Positions 45,258-55,460 of a stretch of 64,000 nucleotides of DNA are shown here, piece after piece. This DNA comes from an uncultured Candidatus Saccharibacteria bacterium (GTDB lineage Bacteria > Patescibacteriota > Saccharimonadia > Saccharimonadales > SZUA-47), in contig CAZHXX010000002.1 in NCBI GenBank assembly GCA_964536485.1, forward strand, positions 18,647 through 82,646, written 5' to 3'. A model generated the notes under the pieces. The model did no database searches. It worked only from the letters and a program-made list of their open reading frames with translations, and was not told the origin of the DNA. Every line of letters starts with the position of its first letter. The first letter of the stretch is position 1. The position numbers and the translations under genes are program-made.

Positions 45258-46720
45258 TGAGTGACACCATGGACGCATACAAAATTCGAGGCTATTATCC
45301 AACTATCGGTATTGAGTGTCATGTGCAGCTAAAGACGAAGACCAAGCTATTTTCTAGTGTAAGCAACGAAGCTCGAGACGCCCTGCCAAACAGCCTGGTA
45401 AGCCATATATGTTTTGGCTTGCCCGGTGCGTTGCCAGTGCTAAATGGCGAAGCGGTTCGTCTTGCATCTTATGCAGCATATGCGCTTGGTACAACTCCGC
45501 AAAAATTTAGTAAATTTGACCGCAAGCATTACTTTTACCCTGATTTACCCAAAGGCTATCAGATTAGTCAGTTTGATCAGCCAATCATACTTGACGGCTC
45601 TATTACAATTTATCTTGAAGATGGCAAAGAGAAAATTATCCGAATTACCAGAGCGCACCTCGAAGAGGATGCGGGAAAAAGCACTCATCCAGTTGGAGCT
45701 GATTTCTCATTAGTCGATCTCAACCGAGCAGGCACACCGTTGCTTGAGATTGTGTCTGAACCTGAACTTCATTCGAGTGCGGAAGCAAAGGCATATGCAA
45801 AAGAGTTGTGGCTTCGCATGAAGTATGCTGGCGTCAGCGATGTCGATCTCTATCACGGAAACATGCGCTTTGACGTGAATGTGAGCGTCAGTAAAGATCC
45901 ATCACGACTAGGAACAAGGACAGAAACCAAAAATCTTAATAGTTTTCGTAGCATTGAGCGAGCGGTAGAGTATGAGATTGAGAGGCAAATTGATGCCTTA
46001 GAAAATGGCGAGACTATTGTCCAGGAGACAAGAGGCTGGTTAGACGACGTGCAGAAAACAGTCTCGCAACGAAGCAAAGAAGATGCGCACGACTATCGAT
46101 ATTTTCCAGACCCAGACATCCCGCCTATAGTACTTGACGAGGATTTTATTCAGCACATCGAATTGTCACTTCCTAAAATGGCTTACCACTATCGAGAAGA
46201 ATTGCGGGAGCTTGGAATTGACGCGGGTTCTGTCGAAACACTCTTAAATATAAGCAGTGATGATGATAATCTTGTTGACCTTGTTGCCAGTTGTCTACCA
46301 GACAAAAAGCTTGCAAGTTTTGTCGCAAAATACGTCGTTAACAGTCTTGCTGGTAGTGATGAAACTGATAGCGGAGCAAAGCATCGTCCAAACAAACAAC
46401 ACTATGAGCAAGTATTTTCTATGATAGAAGCTGGAAAGCTTAGTTCGACGAATGCCAAGCTACTCCTAGACACCCTGAAAGATGGTGACGATCCAGAGCG
46501 TATTGCTGAAGAAAAGGGTCTCATTCAAATGAGCGATAGCGGGGAAATGAAAGCACTTGTTTCTCGTGTACTTGCAGACAATCCAAAACCAGCCGAAGAT
46601 GTGAAGAATGGTGAAATGAAAGCGATTGGGTTCTTGGTTGGTCAGGTAATGAAAGCGAGCCAAGGAAAAGCGAATCCATCAGAGGTACAGAAGATTATCA
46701 AAGCTAAACTGGGGGTATAG
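45257..46720 (+). CDS. gatB: Asp/Glu-tRNA amidotransferase subunit B
   Basis: 487 aa. GIECHVQL, HLEEDAGK, NRAGTPLLEIVSEP, C-terminal YqeY-like tail. Confidence 0.95.
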   Translation: MSDTMDAYKIRGYYPTIGIECHVQLKTKTKLFSSVSNEARDALPNSLVSHICFGLPGALPVLNGEAVRLASYAAYALGTTPQKFSKFDRKHYFYPDLPKGYQISQFDQPIILDGSITIYLEDGKEKIIRITRAHLEEDAGKSTHPVGADFSLVDLNRAGTPLLEIVSEPELHSSAEAKAYAKELWLRMKYAGVSDVDLYHGNMRFDVNVSVSKDPSRLGTRTETKNLNSFRSIERAVEYEIERQIDALENGETIVQETRGWLDDVQKTVSQRSKEDAHDYRYFPDPDIPPIVLDEDFIQHIELSLPKMAYHYREELRELGIDAGSVETLLNISSDDDNLVDLVASCLPDKKLASFVAKYVVNSLAGSDETDSGAKHRPNKQHYEQVFSMIEAGKLSSTNAKLLLDTLKDGDDPERIAEEKGLIQMSDSGEMKALVSRVLADNPKPAEDVKNGEMKAIGFLVGQVMKASQGKANPSEVQKIIKAKLGV

Positions 46721-46721
46721 T

Positions 46722-47600
46722 ATGGAGGGGGTAAGACCAATACGGAAGGCAGTGATAGCAGCTGCCGGTATGGGAACACGCTTTTTACCACAAACAAAAG
46801 CTATGCCTAAAGAAATGCTGCCGATAATCGACAAGCCCGTAATACAGCTTGTCGTTGAGAGCGCAGTTAGTTCTGGGGTAGAAGACGTTATTATCGTCAC
46901 CGGGGCAACAAAACGAGCTATCGAAGATCATTTTGACCGCTCGATTGAGTTTGAGACTGAACTTCGTGCAAAAGGAAAAGAAAACGAAGCAGACACCATA
47001 AAATCTATTGCTGAGCTAGCAAATTTTGTCTACATAAGACAAAAAGGTGACATAAAAGGAAATGCTGTGCCGGTGATAAACGCAGAGCATCTTCTGGGCG
47101 GAGAACCTTTTATGTATTTTTTCGCTGACGACTTTTACACCGGAGATATCCCTTACGCAACACAGTTGATGGATGTTTATAAGCGTACGGGGAAATCGGT
47201 GGTATGCCTAAGAGAGGTGAATGACGAAGACACTAACCGCTACGGGGTTGTTGGCATAAAAGAAGCTTTGGGTGATGGTCTTTATAAAATTGAAGGCTAC
47301 TATGAAAAGCCTGGACCGGAAAAAGCTCCTTCGCGCTTGGCATGTGTGTGCGGGTATATCCTAACACCGTCCATTATGCCACTAATTAAGCAAGGCACGC
47401 CGAGCGCAAGAGGTGAGATCGAGATGGCTGACGCAATACACGCGCTTGCACAGAGTGAGGATGTGTACGGGCTGGTTATTAAAGGCGACTACCACGATAC
47501 GGGCTCACCAGAACTTTATGTACAAACGCTGTTAGATATTGCACTGAACGACAGTCGATACGGTGATACATTACGAGAGTATTTGCGAACGAAGATATAA
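46722..47600 (+). CDS. galU: UTP--glucose-1-phosphate uridylyltransferase
   Basis: 292 aa. AAGMGTRFLPQTKAMPKEMLPIIDKP. Confidence 0.85.
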   Translation: MEGVRPIRKAVIAAAGMGTRFLPQTKAMPKEMLPIIDKPVIQLVVESAVSSGVEDVIIVTGATKRAIEDHFDRSIEFETELRAKGKENEADTIKSIAELANFVYIRQKGDIKGNAVPVINAEHLLGGEPFMYFFADDFYTGDIPYATQLMDVYKRTGKSVVCLREVNDEDTNRYGVVGIKEALGDGLYKIEGYYEKPGPEKAPSRLACVCGYILTPSIMPLIKQGTPSARGEIEMADAIHALAQSEDVYGLVIKGDYHDTGSPELYVQTLLDIALNDSRYGDTLREYLRTKI

Positions 47601-47617
47601 AGTGAGACAATAAGCTT

Positions 47618-47863
47618 ATGGAATCATACGATATACTCGTCATACTACTTTCAGTAGCGTTAGGAATTTCACTTGTGGTGTGGATTTGTGTTGGCGTGAT
47701 AGTTATGCAGGTGCTAAAAAAAATTAAGATTGCAAGCGATACAGCACAGGCTGCGGTTGAGAATGTAGAAGCGTTTACGTCCCAGTTAAAAAATGTCGGC
47801 AAAGCAACTATGGTTGGGTCGGTCATGAATCAAATAACAAAAGCATTTAAAGGGAGAAAATAG
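47618..47863 (+). CDS. small membrane protein (81 aa)
   Basis: One N-terminal TM plus an amphipathic tail; tightly packed before the YtxH gene. Confidence 0.45.
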   Translation: MESYDILVILLSVALGISLVVWICVGVIVMQVLKKIKIASDTAQAAVENVEAFTSQLKNVGKATMVGSVMNQITKAFKGRK

Positions 47864-47865
47864 CG

Positions 47866-48270
47866 ATGGACAAGCGAGAACGAAAAGGATTAGCAATTGG
47901 TGCAGTGTTTGGCGCGGTTGCAGGAGTGATAACGGGAATACTGTTTGCGCCTAAAAGTGGTAAAGAAACTCGTAAAGATATCAAAGACGCAGCATCAAAA
48001 GCTGCGGAAAAAGTGGTTGATGAGGCACACAAACTCCAAGACGAAGCAAAACAATTAATTGAAAAAGCTGAAGCACAGGTAAAGACCCTTAAAGGCAAAG
48101 CGAGTGACATGGCAAAAGAACATGTTTCAGACCTTAAAAGAACTACTGACAACATGAAGGCTGCTGCGCGAGCCTTTAAATCTGGTGAAGCATCCGATAA
48201 AGATTTAAGCGAAGCCGTTAAAAAGGCGAAAGAAGCGCAAAAAGCCTTTAAATCTTTTCTCATTAAATAA
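47866..48270 (+). CDS. YtxH domain-containing protein
   Basis: 134 aa. GAVAGVITGILFAPKSGKETRKDIKD is the YtxH signature, followed by a Lys/Ala/Glu-rich helix. Confidence 0.75.
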   Translation: MDKRERKGLAIGAVFGAVAGVITGILFAPKSGKETRKDIKDAASKAAEKVVDEAHKLQDEAKQLIEKAEAQVKTLKGKASDMAKEHVSDLKRTTDNMKAAARAFKSGEASDKDLSEAVKKAKEAQKAFKSFLIK

Positions 48271-48275
48271 CTTTG

Positions 48276-48530
48276 ATGAAGAAGAAAGATTTGACAGAGC
48301 CTGATTACGAGAAAATCGGGAAGGCTATTGTTTCTTTGCAGGATGTTTTTGTTGATAAGAAGCGCTTATACAAAACAGCATTTATTAAAGGACTATTTTC
48401 TGGGTTGGGTGGCGTCGTAGGAGCAACCTTGTTGGTTGCCGTACTACTTTGGGTGCTGTCGTTTTTTCATACAATACCGCTTATTGGCAATTTTACCGAA
48501 ACCATACGCAATACAATACAAACACAGTAA
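48276..48530 (+). CDS. small membrane protein (84 aa)
   Basis: ATG 48276. GLFSGLGGVVGATLLVAVLLWVLSFF TM segment; third member of the small-protein trio. Confidence 0.45.
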   Translation: MKKKDLTEPDYEKIGKAIVSLQDVFVDKKRLYKTAFIKGLFSGLGGVVGATLLVAVLLWVLSFFHTIPLIGNFTETIRNTIQTQ

Positions 48531-48574
48531 TAGCACGACCGAAACGCAGGTGAATAAGCTATACTAGTAGACAG

Positions 48575-51500
48575 ATGGGTACTGAAAAAAAGACGTTAAC
48601 GCCGGCTGATTTTGTCGCGCTTCATAATCATACGCACTATAGTTTGCTCGATGGTCTGCAGAAAGTTGTACCAATGGTTGAGCGTGTCAAAGAGCTTGGC
48701 ATGGAAGCAGTTGCTCTTACTGATCACGGAACACTCTCTGGGGCAATAGAACTATACAAAGAGGCGAATGCGCGCGGTATAAAACCGCTTATTGGCATGG
48801 AAACGTATGTCGCGACTCGATCTCACACCGATCGTGACCCTTCTAGGGACAAACAGAACTATCATCTTATTCTGATTGCGATGAATAATACCGGCTATCA
48901 AAACCTTATGAGGCTTAGCACTATCGCTAACCTCGATGGGTTTTACTACAAGCCTCGCATTGATCATAATTTGCTTGAAAAATATCACGAAGGCATTATC
49001 GCTCTTAGCGCGTGTATAGGTGGGGAGGTTGGTGATGCCCTGCGACAAGGTCAGTATGAGCAAGCTAAAGAAATAGCTCTATGGTATAAGCAGATTTTTG
49101 GTGACCGATATTATCTAGAACTTCAGGATCATGGACACCCTGAGCATCCTCACGCATGGGATGAACAAGTGCGGGTGAATGCAGAGCTTATAAAATTGTC
49201 TAAAGAATTGGACATTCCATGCGCTGTTACTATGGATGCGCATTATTTGCGCCACGAAGATCAAGAGGCACATGAGATTTTGCTTTGTGTGCAGACCGGC
49301 TCTTTTATTGACGATGCGTCTCGCATGAGTCTAAAAGAATTTGAGCTACATATCGCTGATCCGCTCGATGTCATAGCACGTTGGCAAGATACGTTTCCAG
49401 AAGCTATTAGTAATACAAAGGCGATCGCTGATCGATGCGAAATAACACTTGAACTTGGCCGTATCTTAATCCCTAAGTTCCCGTTACCGGATGGTGTGAC
49501 CGAAAAGCAACATCTTGATGAGCTGGTCTACCAAGGGCTTTTAGCGCGATATGGAGAACAAGTGCCTGTAGATAAAGGAACTCTCACTGTTGAAGAAGCA
49601 AAAACTTACCTTCCGGAAAACGTACTAACGAGGGCTGAGTATGAGCTGCAAATTATTGATCAAATGGGCTTTAACGGCTACTTTTTGATTATCTCCGACT
49701 TTATGAGCTGGGGCAAAGACGAAGGAATTGTTTTTGGCCCTGGGCGTGGCTCGGCAGCCGGCTCGATAATCGCCTATGCGCTTAGAATAACAGAACTGGA
49801 CCCGTTGCGATTTGATCTTTTGTTTGAGCGATTTTTGAACCCTGATCGTATTAGTATGCCCGATATTGATATAGACATTCAAGATACTCGACGTGACGAG
49901 GTTATTCAGTATTGTGTGCGTAAATATGGTGAAAGCAGAGTCGCCAACATTGTGACATTTGGCCGAATGGCTGCTCGTAACGCCGTGCGTGATGTTGCAC
50001 GCGTACTACGAGTGCCTTACGGAGAAGCTGACCGTATCGCAAAAATGATACCGCCTCCAATACAAGGACGCCACATTCCGCTTGAAGTATCGCTAAAAGA
50101 GAACGCTGAACTGAGAAATGAAAACGAGAATAATCCCGTCGCTAAAAAAGTTTTTGACCTTGCCGTTAATCTGGAGGGAACGATTCGCTCACATGGGGTG
50201 CACGCAGCTGGGGTGGTTATAGCGCCCGACGATATTGTCAAGTTTGTGCCACTAGAAAAAGCGCAAAAAGGCGTCATAGCCACACAGTATTCGATGGGTC
50301 CTGTTGAAGAGCTAGGGCTACTCAAGATGGACTTCTTGGGGCTGTCTAACTTGACTATTATTAAAAATACACTTCGCATAATTAAACGTGTTCATGATCT
50401 TGATATTATCATTGAGACAATTCCACTGGATGATGAAAAAACTTTTGAGCTATTGCAGCGCGGTGATACAACGGGCGTTTTTCAGCTAGAATCTGCGGGC
50501 ATGAAACGCTATCTAAAAGAGTTAAAGCCGACGGAGTTTGAAGACATTGTCGCTATGTGTGCTTTGTATCGGCCTGGACCACTTGGTGCAGGGCTGACAG
50601 ACTCATTTGTGAAGCGCAAAAATGGTGTCGAGACGGTCACCTATGACCACCCACTCACTCGTAATTCGCTAGAGCCTACTTATGGGGTAATTGTCTACCA
50701 AGAGCAAGTCATGCAGATGAGTAAAGAGATGTGTGGTTTTACTGGTGGGGAAGCAGATACTTTGCGAAAAGCCATCGGTAAAAAGAAGCGTGATGTCATG
50801 GATAAAATGGGCAAGCAATTTATCGAGGGAGCAGTTAAAAACGGGGTACCACAACAAGTGGTTGAAAAAATCTGGAAAGACATTCTTGGGTTTGCCGACT
50901 ATGCATTCAACAAGTCTCACTCTGCATGCTACGGTCTCATTGCCTATCAGACTGCCTATCTAAAAGCTCACTATCCGGCAGAATTTATGGCTGCGCTTAT
51001 GACCAGTGATTATGATGATACTGACCGCTTGACCATTGAAATGAGTGAGTGTGCGAACATGGGGGTAGAGGTGCTACCACCAGATGTAAATGAATCTTTT
51101 GTCGAGTTTGCCGTCGTACCGGGCAAAAACCAGATTCGTTTTGGGATGAGCGCTATAAAGAATGTTGGAATTTCGGCAGTCGAAGAAATTTTGCGTGCGC
51201 GGAAGGCAGGAGAATTTGCTACCATTGAAGACTTTTTTGGTCGTGTAAATTCGCATACGGTTAACAAAAAATCCGTAGAAAGTCTCATAAAAACTGGAGC
51301 ATTTGACCGCTTTGGTTCGCGTTCGCTGTTACTTAACAATATGGATGCACTTCTTGCATTCTCGCAAAAAAAACAAAAGGAACAAGATAGTGGCCAAACT
51401 GACCTTTTTGGCAACGATCAGTCGTCTGCTTCTAGTACAAAGATTCCTCTTGGGCCAGAAGAGATTGCTTACAATAAAAAGGATTATCTGAAATGGGAGC

Positions 51501-52210
51501 GAGAACTTATGGGGCTGTATCTGTCTGCTCACCCGCTCAGTGATTATGAAAAGTTACTACAAGAAAAAGCTCATCCGATAAAAGACGTCACGTACAAGCA
51601 TGAAAATAAACGTGCCATTATCGGGGGCATCGTGACGGATGTGCGGATTATCCAGACAAAAAATGGTCAAAATATGGCATTTGTGCGTATGGCCGACATG
51701 AGCGGAGATATAGAGCTCTTATTGTTTCCAAAAGTATTCACAGAGACATCTTGGCTCTGGGTAGTTGATAAGGTTGTCATTGTCGAAGGTGATGTGAACA
51801 CAAAAGATAGAGAGGGCAATAGCACCGAAGAAGTAAAGATTGCCGTAGTCTCTGCGCGCGAAATTCCACACGAAGAAGCTATAAATTTTGTCCCTGGCTC
51901 GAAGAGGCCACCAAAGAAACTTGATGATCTAAAACCAAAAAATCGTACATCAAAAAAGGAATCTGCCGAGAAGAATAAGCAAAAGCGTATCTACGTGAGA
52001 CTGGCCGACACGGCGGACGCTAGCAGACTTCAAGCGCTAAAGGAGCATCTAGGGAGTCATCCTGGCGATACGGAACTTGTCCTTGTTGTTGGCTCCACAG
52101 AGAATAAACAAGCAATAAAATTGCCTGAAAAGACGTCGAACGATGATGAGAGTATCGATAAACTGGCGCAACTCTTTGGAGGTGAAAATATCAAGGTGGT
52201 TGATGTATGA
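48575..52210 (+). CDS. dnaE: DNA polymerase III alpha subunit
   Basis: 1211 aa. PHP domain LHNHTHYSLLDG, polymerase core GRGSAAGS, PDIDIDI, OB fold near the C-terminus. Confidence 0.95.
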   Translation: MGTEKKTLTPADFVALHNHTHYSLLDGLQKVVPMVERVKELGMEAVALTDHGTLSGAIELYKEANARGIKPLIGMETYVATRSHTDRDPSRDKQNYHLILIAMNNTGYQNLMRLSTIANLDGFYYKPRIDHNLLEKYHEGIIALSACIGGEVGDALRQGQYEQAKEIALWYKQIFGDRYYLELQDHGHPEHPHAWDEQVRVNAELIKLSKELDIPCAVTMDAHYLRHEDQEAHEILLCVQTGSFIDDASRMSLKEFELHIADPLDVIARWQDTFPEAISNTKAIADRCEITLELGRILIPKFPLPDGVTEKQHLDELVYQGLLARYGEQVPVDKGTLTVEEAKTYLPENVLTRAEYELQIIDQMGFNGYFLIISDFMSWGKDEGIVFGPGRGSAAGSIIAYALRITELDPLRFDLLFERFLNPDRISMPDIDIDIQDTRRDEVIQYCVRKYGESRVANIVTFGRMAARNAVRDVARVLRVPYGEADRIAKMIPPPIQGRHIPLEVSLKENAELRNENENNPVAKKVFDLAVNLEGTIRSHGVHAAGVVIAPDDIVKFVPLEKAQKGVIATQYSMGPVEELGLLKMDFLGLSNLTIIKNTLRIIKRVHDLDIIIETIPLDDEKTFELLQRGDTTGVFQLESAGMKRYLKELKPTEFEDIVAMCALYRPGPLGAGLTDSFVKRKNGVETVTYDHPLTRNSLEPTYGVIVYQEQVMQMSKEMCGFTGGEADTLRKAIGKKKRDVMDKMGKQFIEGAVKNGVPQQVVEKIWKDILGFADYAFNKSHSACYGLIAYQTAYLKAHYPAEFMAALMTSDYDDTDRLTIEMSECANMGVEVLPPDVNESFVEFAVVPGKNQIRFGMSAIKNVGISAVEEILRARKAGEFATIEDFFGRVNSHTVNKKSVESLIKTGAFDRFGSRSLLLNNMDALLAFSQKKQKEQDSGQTDLFGNDQSSASSTKIPLGPEEIAYNKKDYLKWERELMGLYLSAHPLSDYEKLLQEKAHPIKDVTYKHENKRAIIGGIVTDVRIIQTKNGQNMAFVRMADMSGDIELLLFPKVFTETSWLWVVDKVVIVEGDVNTKDREGNSTEEVKIAVVSAREIPHEEAINFVPGSKRPPKKLDDLKPKNRTSKKESAEKNKQKRIYVRLADTADASRLQALKEHLGSHPGDTELVLVVGSTENKQAIKLPEKTSNDDESIDKLAQLFGGENIKVVDV

Positions 52211-52704
52211 GTCACAAAAGAAAATTGTGCCTTGTGTCTGTTGATGTTCGAAGTGCACATAATATCGGCTCATTTTTTCGAACATGCGATGGCTTTGGCG
52301 CAGAACTTTTTATTGTGGGTGGCTCGCCTCGTCCAAGCTATGACGATGATACTAGGTTGCCACATGTCGTTAAAAAAGCTCAAAAAGAAATTGCTAAGAC
52401 TGCTCTTGGAGCAGAAACAACGGTGCGGTGGCGCTACGCGGAAACCCTACTTGAATGTATTACAACTTTACGCAAAGAGGGATTTTTTGTGTATGCTGTT
52501 GAGCAATCTGCAGAGAGCATACCTCTTAAAAAGATGAGGAAGGATGTGCCACTTGCCCTTGTGGTTGGCAGAGAAGTTGAAGGACTTGATATGGTCGAGC
52601 TTTCGTTATGCGACGGCGTCTGTGAAATAGCTATGAGTGGCAAGAAAGAGTCATTTAATGTCTCTGTCGCCAGTGGCATCGCACTATACGAAGCAAGTCG
52701 CTAG
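52207..52704 (+). CDS. SpoU/TrmH-family RNA 2'-O-methyltransferase
   Basis: 165 aa. HNIGSFFRTCDGFG, LVVGREVEGL, IAMSGKKESFNVSVASGIALYE. ATGA overlap with the dnaE stop. Confidence 0.8.
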   Translation: MSHKRKLCLVSVDVRSAHNIGSFFRTCDGFGAELFIVGGSPRPSYDDDTRLPHVVKKAQKEIAKTALGAETTVRWRYAETLLECITTLRKEGFFVYAVEQSAESIPLKKMRKDVPLALVVGREVEGLDMVELSLCDGVCEIAMSGKKESFNVSVASGIALYEASR

Positions 52705-52746
52705 TGCTTATTGCATCAGCGTGCTACACTAGTATTAGGAACTTTT

Positions 52747-53805
52747 ATGCCAAAAAAGACAAAAAACATACGGATATCTAAAAAGACTACTGCGCACAAG
52801 AAGCAACATCCAAAACACTTCTTAAAAGTTTATTGGCCGTATATACCAATTTTATTTGTCGTGGTATTTGGTATGTTTTTTGGTGGCGTACGACCACAAC
52901 AGCGTCAAAACCATCCCGCTACTCTTGCTTATGCTACCGAGATGAGCATCCAAGGCCTTCTTCAGTACACAAATTCTCAACGTGCAAGTAATGGGCTGGG
53001 ACCACTTACAATAAACTCGAAGCTCAATACTTCTGCCCAAGCAAAAGCAAACAATATGGTATCGCGTGATTATTGGGCACATAACACACCAGATGGTGAT
53101 GAGCCTTGGGTATTTATCGATGCTACAGGATATCAGTATCAAAAAGCGGGTGAAAATCTTGCCTATGGGTTCTCTAACAGTGAAGCAACAGTTATTGGCT
53201 GGATGAATAGTCCTACTCATCGTGCAAATATTCTTGATCAGACATATACAGAAGTTGGATTTGGCTTTGTTAATGCGGATAATTTTGTTAACACCGGACA
53301 AGAAACGGTTGTTGTGGCCCACTATGGGGAGCCAATCAAAGTAGCTTCAGCGCCGACGACAGTCGAAACCAAACAAGTTGCTCCACCAGCCCAGACTCCA
53401 GCAACAAAGAACGCGACGATAGAGAAGACGCCCGTTCAAGAGACGCCAGCGTCAGAGTCAGAAAAACCACAGGAAGAACCAGTAAAAACGCCTGAGCGCC
53501 TCTCAGAAGATAGGGTGAACCAGCCTATTACAACGGAGAACCCTGTTCCGCAAGAGACACCATCAACAAACATTACGCGGCTTCAACGTCTTACTGGAGG
53601 GAAGGCACCCTGGAGCGCGCTTGCAGTGTCTGTTGTGAGTTTTATCGTCGTCGTTTTATGGCTCGTAAAGCACGCTGTTTTAGTGAAGCGATTTGTACTG
53701 CACGGTGAACATTTTGTGGCGCATCATCCTGTGCTTGACTTGTCAGTCGTAAGTATTGCAGCCATGGCAGTCTATCTGTCTCAATCATCCGGCGTCGTGC
53801 GTTGA
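52747..53805 (+). CDS. CAP/SCP (PR-1-like) domain protein with Pro/Thr/Glu-rich linker and C-terminal TM segments
   Basis: ATG 52747. N-terminal TM. AQAKANNMVSRDYWAHNTPDG...GENLAYGF...GWMNSPTHRANIL equals the YkwD/CAP pattern. Confidence 0.8.
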   Translation: MPKKTKNIRISKKTTAHKKQHPKHFLKVYWPYIPILFVVVFGMFFGGVRPQQRQNHPATLAYATEMSIQGLLQYTNSQRASNGLGPLTINSKLNTSAQAKANNMVSRDYWAHNTPDGDEPWVFIDATGYQYQKAGENLAYGFSNSEATVIGWMNSPTHRANILDQTYTEVGFGFVNADNFVNTGQETVVVAHYGEPIKVASAPTTVETKQVAPPAQTPATKNATIEKTPVQETPASESEKPQEEPVKTPERLSEDRVNQPITTENPVPQETPSTNITRLQRLTGGKAPWSALAVSVVSFIVVVLWLVKHAVLVKRFVLHGEHFVAHHPVLDLSVVSIAAMAVYLSQSSGVVR

Positions 53806-53864
53806 GTTATAAGTATGACAAACTGGTCATTTCTTAGTGCTTATGCTTTAATGTAAGGTGAATT

Positions 53865-55460
53865 ATGTCACAAAACGCTCGTCTTGATGAAGAACTATCG
53901 ACTGCCCGTCGGGCACGCGTGTTAAACATGCCATACTCCGACACGTCGGCCATTCAAGATAAGATTTTGTATAAGCAGTTGTTGAGCATTCCTGAAATGC
54001 GACAGTATAAAATAATCCCGCTCACCGCAGACCCACACCATGTACGCTTTGGCATAACAACGACAACGTCGCAAAAAACCATGCAACAGCTCACTCAACG
54101 CTTTCTAGACCAACAGGTCACGTTTAGCATTATTAGCGACGCCGGCTATAGAGAATACATGCAACTTTATGATCCGCCCAAAAAGGTTGAATACACCGAT
54201 ATTTCTATTACGAAAAAACTCGATGAGCAGTCGATTGCGCAGATATCCTCAACGCTTTTACAAGTCAGAGCAGACGATATGCTGGCGTATCTTGTGCAAC
54301 AAGCCTTTCGACTCAACGCATCAGATATACATCTTGAAAGTAAACATGAAGGCGCGAGAATACGTCTACGGGTGCATGGTGTCTTGCATTCCGTCGCAAC
54401 CTTGAATATTGATAAATATCGGCAGTTGATGTCAGCGCTAGCGAGTGCAGCAAACATTAGCACGAGTGCTCAGGACGACCAGACCGGACAAATAAATCAG
54501 ACCTATAAAATGGCTACCGGTGAAGACGTGCTAGTCAATTTGCGTGTTGAGACGGTTCCGGCAATTAATGGCATTGACGCGGTTTTGCGGTTGTTTAACT
54601 TCCGCACCGACATGTTGAAGCTGGAGAAGCTTGGACTCGATGAGTATCAATCTGATGTTATGAGAAGTATCATTTCGCATCCTTCGGGACTTGTGCTCAT
54701 TGTTGGTCCAACAGGATCAGGTAAGACGACAACATTGTACAGCCTTATTAATGAGCTAAATACCGATGAGCGAAAAATTATCACTCTTGAAGACCCAGTA
54801 GAGTACCATATCGAAGGCATTACGCAGATACCAGTGCAGTCTCGTTCGGGACAGAGTTTTTCTGAGAAGTTCCGAGCCGTTATGCGACTTGACCCCGACG
54901 TGATTATGGTGGGGGAAATTCGTGATACTGATACAGCAAAGACTGCGTTACAGGCAGCGCTTACTGGTCATCTCGTGTTGAGTACGTACCACGCAAGCTC
55001 GGCATCGGCAGCGATGACGCGGTTACTGGATGCAATTGGAGAAAATCCTCTCTATGCAAGTGCCATACGACTCGTCCAAGCACAACGGCTTGTCCGGCGG
55101 CTCGATGATGCAACAAAACAAGAAATTCCTGTTGAGCCTGAGGTTGAAAGGCATCTCGAAACAATCGTAAAAGGAATCACGGCACAAGTCGACCTGTCTT
55201 TTTTGCCCGACGCGAAGCTCTATAAGCCGGGGAGTTCAGAAGAAAATCCCTTCGGATTTAGCGGGCAGTTTGCTATACGAGAACTACTGCTTATGACTCC
55301 GGATATGCGTCAGCTTCTAAGTAGGCCTGTGCATGAACTATCGACAGAGCTCATAGAGGAGGTCGCCGTAAAAAATGGGATGCTCACAATGCAACAAGAC
55401 GGCATACTCCATGTCTTGAAGGGTGATACGACACTCGAAGAAATAAACAGAGTTATTTAA
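53865..55460 (+). CDS. GspE/PilB-family secretion ATPase (type IV pilus/T2SS assembly ATPase)
   Basis: 531 aa. T2SSE_N-like N-terminus, Walker A GPTGSGKTTTL, LEDPVEY, GEIRD, His box. Confidence 0.85.
   Translation: MSQNARLDEELSTARRARVLNMPYSDTSAIQDKILYKQLLSIPEMRQYKIIPLTADPHHVRFGITTTTSQKTMQQLTQRFLDQQVTFSIISDAGYREYMQLYDPPKKVEYTDISITKKLDEQSIAQISSTLLQVRADDMLAYLVQQAFRLNASDIHLESKHEGARIRLRVHGVLHSVATLNIDKYRQLMSALASAANISTSAQDDQTGQINQTYKMATGEDVLVNLRVETVPAINGIDAVLRLFNFRTDMLKLEKLGLDEYQSDVMRSIISHPSGLVLIVGPTGSGKTTTLYSLINELNTDERKIITLEDPVEYHIEGITQIPVQSRSGQSFSEKFRAVMRLDPDVIMVGEIRDTDTAKTALQAALTGHLVLSTYHASSASAAMTRLLDAIGENPLYASAIRLVQAQRLVRRLDDATKQEIPVEPEVERHLETIVKGITAQVDLSFLPDAKLYKPGSSEENPFGFSGQFAIRELLLMTPDMRQLLSRPVHELSTELIEEVAVKNGMLTMQQDGILHVLKGDTTLEEINRVI

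Noticed and set aside
39406-52210. The surface protein and DnaE are both exactly 1211 aa (3636 nt).
   Set aside because: The sequences are unrelated; this is a numerical coincidence.
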